A stretch of DNA of 64,000 nucleotides, taken from the NCBI RefSeq assembly GCF_009834535.1, contig NC_045696.1:62312001-62376000 (forward strand), given 5' to 3'. This stretch comes from Camelus ferus (lineage: Eukaryota). Within the stretch, counting starts at the first letter, position 1; each line of letters starts with the position of its first letter. The position numbers and the translations under genes are program-made. Shown here one piece after another: positions 62,034 through 64,000 of this stretch. The notes under the pieces were generated by a model that worked only from the letters and a program-made list of their open reading frames with translations, did no database searches and had not been told where the DNA came from.

Positions 62034-64000
62034 GAAAAGACTTCTGAGAGCAGGGGTGCTGCCCTACACTTTTTTTTTTTCACTCCAAGATTTATTTATG
62101 TATACTACAAATATATATTGAGCCCCTACAGTGGGAAGTACTAGCCCCTCATCTAGACACTGGAGATACAGCAAAGGTCCTTCCTGTATGGAACATGCAT
62201 TCTAGACCAATACTGAATGCACGGTAGGTTAAAATACAAATAAACAACAAACAAAAGCCTACAGGAGCCAAGGAGCTAAGATATGGAACCAAAAGTGGAG
62301 TTGGGGAGTGAGCAAGACACAGTCCCCAAATCAGGAGAGTGAAAGTAGAAGCAGAGAGTAGACAATCCTAGAGACACAGTCAACGCCCATGGCACAAATT
62401 ACTAGTCCTGTCACATACTCAAGCAGGTGGGCTGGACTTACATGAAGGGCTTGAACCAACATTATGGATATGAGGGGATATTATAAGCAATTATGGACAC
62501 ATAGTGGGCACTTCATAGATATTTGTTAAATAAATAGATGAAGGAACAACTACATTAAATAGGCACATTCTCCTTTGCTCATTTCAGCACTAAGAAATCC
62601 ACCAAGACCTTCCAAGGTAATCAGAGAAGGGAGAATTTCAACCCTGGGGGGTGTGACTGCCCCTCACAGCCCCAACTCCTGCCTCCAGCGTGGCACTCCC
62701 GAGGCTGCTTCTCTTTACCTTTACTCCCAGGACTGGGCACAGACCTTCCCCCTAGTTCCAGCAGGGCCAGGAAGGTAAAGTTGTTCTGAAATCAGGCTGA
62801 AATATTTGCCCAGTCTTAGCCAGAACTCAGAGCAAACAGAAGAACACATGAGGTGGCAGGTAGCCTGATTCCTAAGGCAACAGCAATGGAGTCACTCAAG
62901 GGTCACTGTGATCACAGCTAAGGTGAAGGAGTCCCTGGGCACAGCCACTCACATCTGTGCCCGTCTTTACTCCATCTTCTGACATCTCTCTAGTGTTTCT
63001 GCTCCCCGAGGTTCAATGGGACGAAAAGGAAGCATTCACCACTTCTGCCTTGTCCTGAGGGCAGAGAGCCAAAGAAGACCCTGAAAAATGGTGGAGTCCA
63101 CTCCTCCTGTTCTGTTCTTTATTATTCTCACAGTGTTCTGAGGGAGAGGGTTGTCAAGGGCAACCTGTGTCAAAACGACAAAGCTGTGACAAACTCCTAC
63201 TCTAGAGTCTAATAAGAAATTAGCAATGTAGCTGGTCTGAATACTTCTCAGAGTCAAAAAACCAGCATCTGCCACTATCTTGCCATGTGACCTTACAACC
63301 GCTCTTCCCTGGACCTCCACCTCTGCGCACACAGAACAGCAAGGCAGGCCTGGGTAATACTGAATTTTGCTTAGCGTGCTCAAGGTCCATTAGTTTTATC
63401 CAGCGTGATGCCCTCCTGACTCTTCCATGAACTTCACTGCCCTTTCAAGTTCCCAAGACCTGCGATTCAGGGCACGCAAGCAGGAGACAGGGTAGAGAGC
63501 CAGAAAAGAGCCCAGCACCCTTTCCAACAGTCATACCAGCACATTGAGAAGCCTCAATGAACCAAACTGGTTAGAGGTGGAGCTCTCTACTTAATTGACA
63601 AAGAATTAAGCTGTATGTTGAGTTGATGGTTTAATTAAATATTGTCATCCAACAGTGTATCACGGAACATTTTAGGTAAATAATACTCCCTCAAATATTA
63701 ATAAGCCTCTGCCAGTGATGAGTGACTCACCACGGGTACAATCGTAATTGCCTTGCTTCTCTTCTAGGAGAAATTAATCTGAGTGTGACAAATTAGTTTG
63801 GGCCAGAAACAGTAGAAATTCAATTTAATGGGCTTAAATTAAAATAAAGCTTTAGAAGATGCCTCTAAAATCAAAGGCTAAACAAATTTGGATGCCACAC
63901 AGTTTTAGATATGTATTCCTTTAATAAAATTACCGTATAAAATGCATCATTTTCATTTATTTCTCAAATGCACGATAGTATTCAAAGCACTAGCAACCTC

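Noticed and set aside
63036..63383. 115-aa minus-strand ORF as a neighbouring gene exon
   Set aside because: Non-ATG start and no resemblance to any protein I recognise.
1..64000. CRISPR arrays, operons or other prokaryote-type systems
   Set aside because: The sequence is a mammalian intron-containing locus; I saw no regularly spaced repeat-spacer array.

Overview
Mammalian genomic DNA, probably a camelid (three copies of a tRNA-derived SINE resemble camelid vic-1). The window holds the complete BDH1 gene (mitochondrial D-3-hydroxybutyrate dehydrogenase, SDR family) on the minus strand. Six coding exons (45293-45375, 36825-36897, 36039-36149, 24794-24935, 18234-18386, 16397-16866) sum to 1032 nt, i.e. 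343 aa plus stop. All five introns between them are GT-AG and the catalytic motifs are intact. A CpG-island promoter lies at ~52.2-53.7 kb and a likely poly(A) signal at 14543-14548. The rest is intronic or intergenic DNA rich in old repeats (L1, L2, MIR, MaLR/ERVL LTRs, hAT MITEs). Points worth a second look: a 5'-truncated HNRNPM retrocopy nested in an LTR nested in an L1 inside a BDH1 intron; a possible in-frame upstream ATG that would put 51 aa ahead of the mitochondrial presequence; an orphan CpG island at ~6.5 kb with adjacent consensus splice sites; two tiny TSD-flanked insertions; an internally deleted L1. I see no convincing evidence of a wholly new biological system. Repeat family names come from recognition of consensus motifs, not a database search, and repeat boundaries are approximate.
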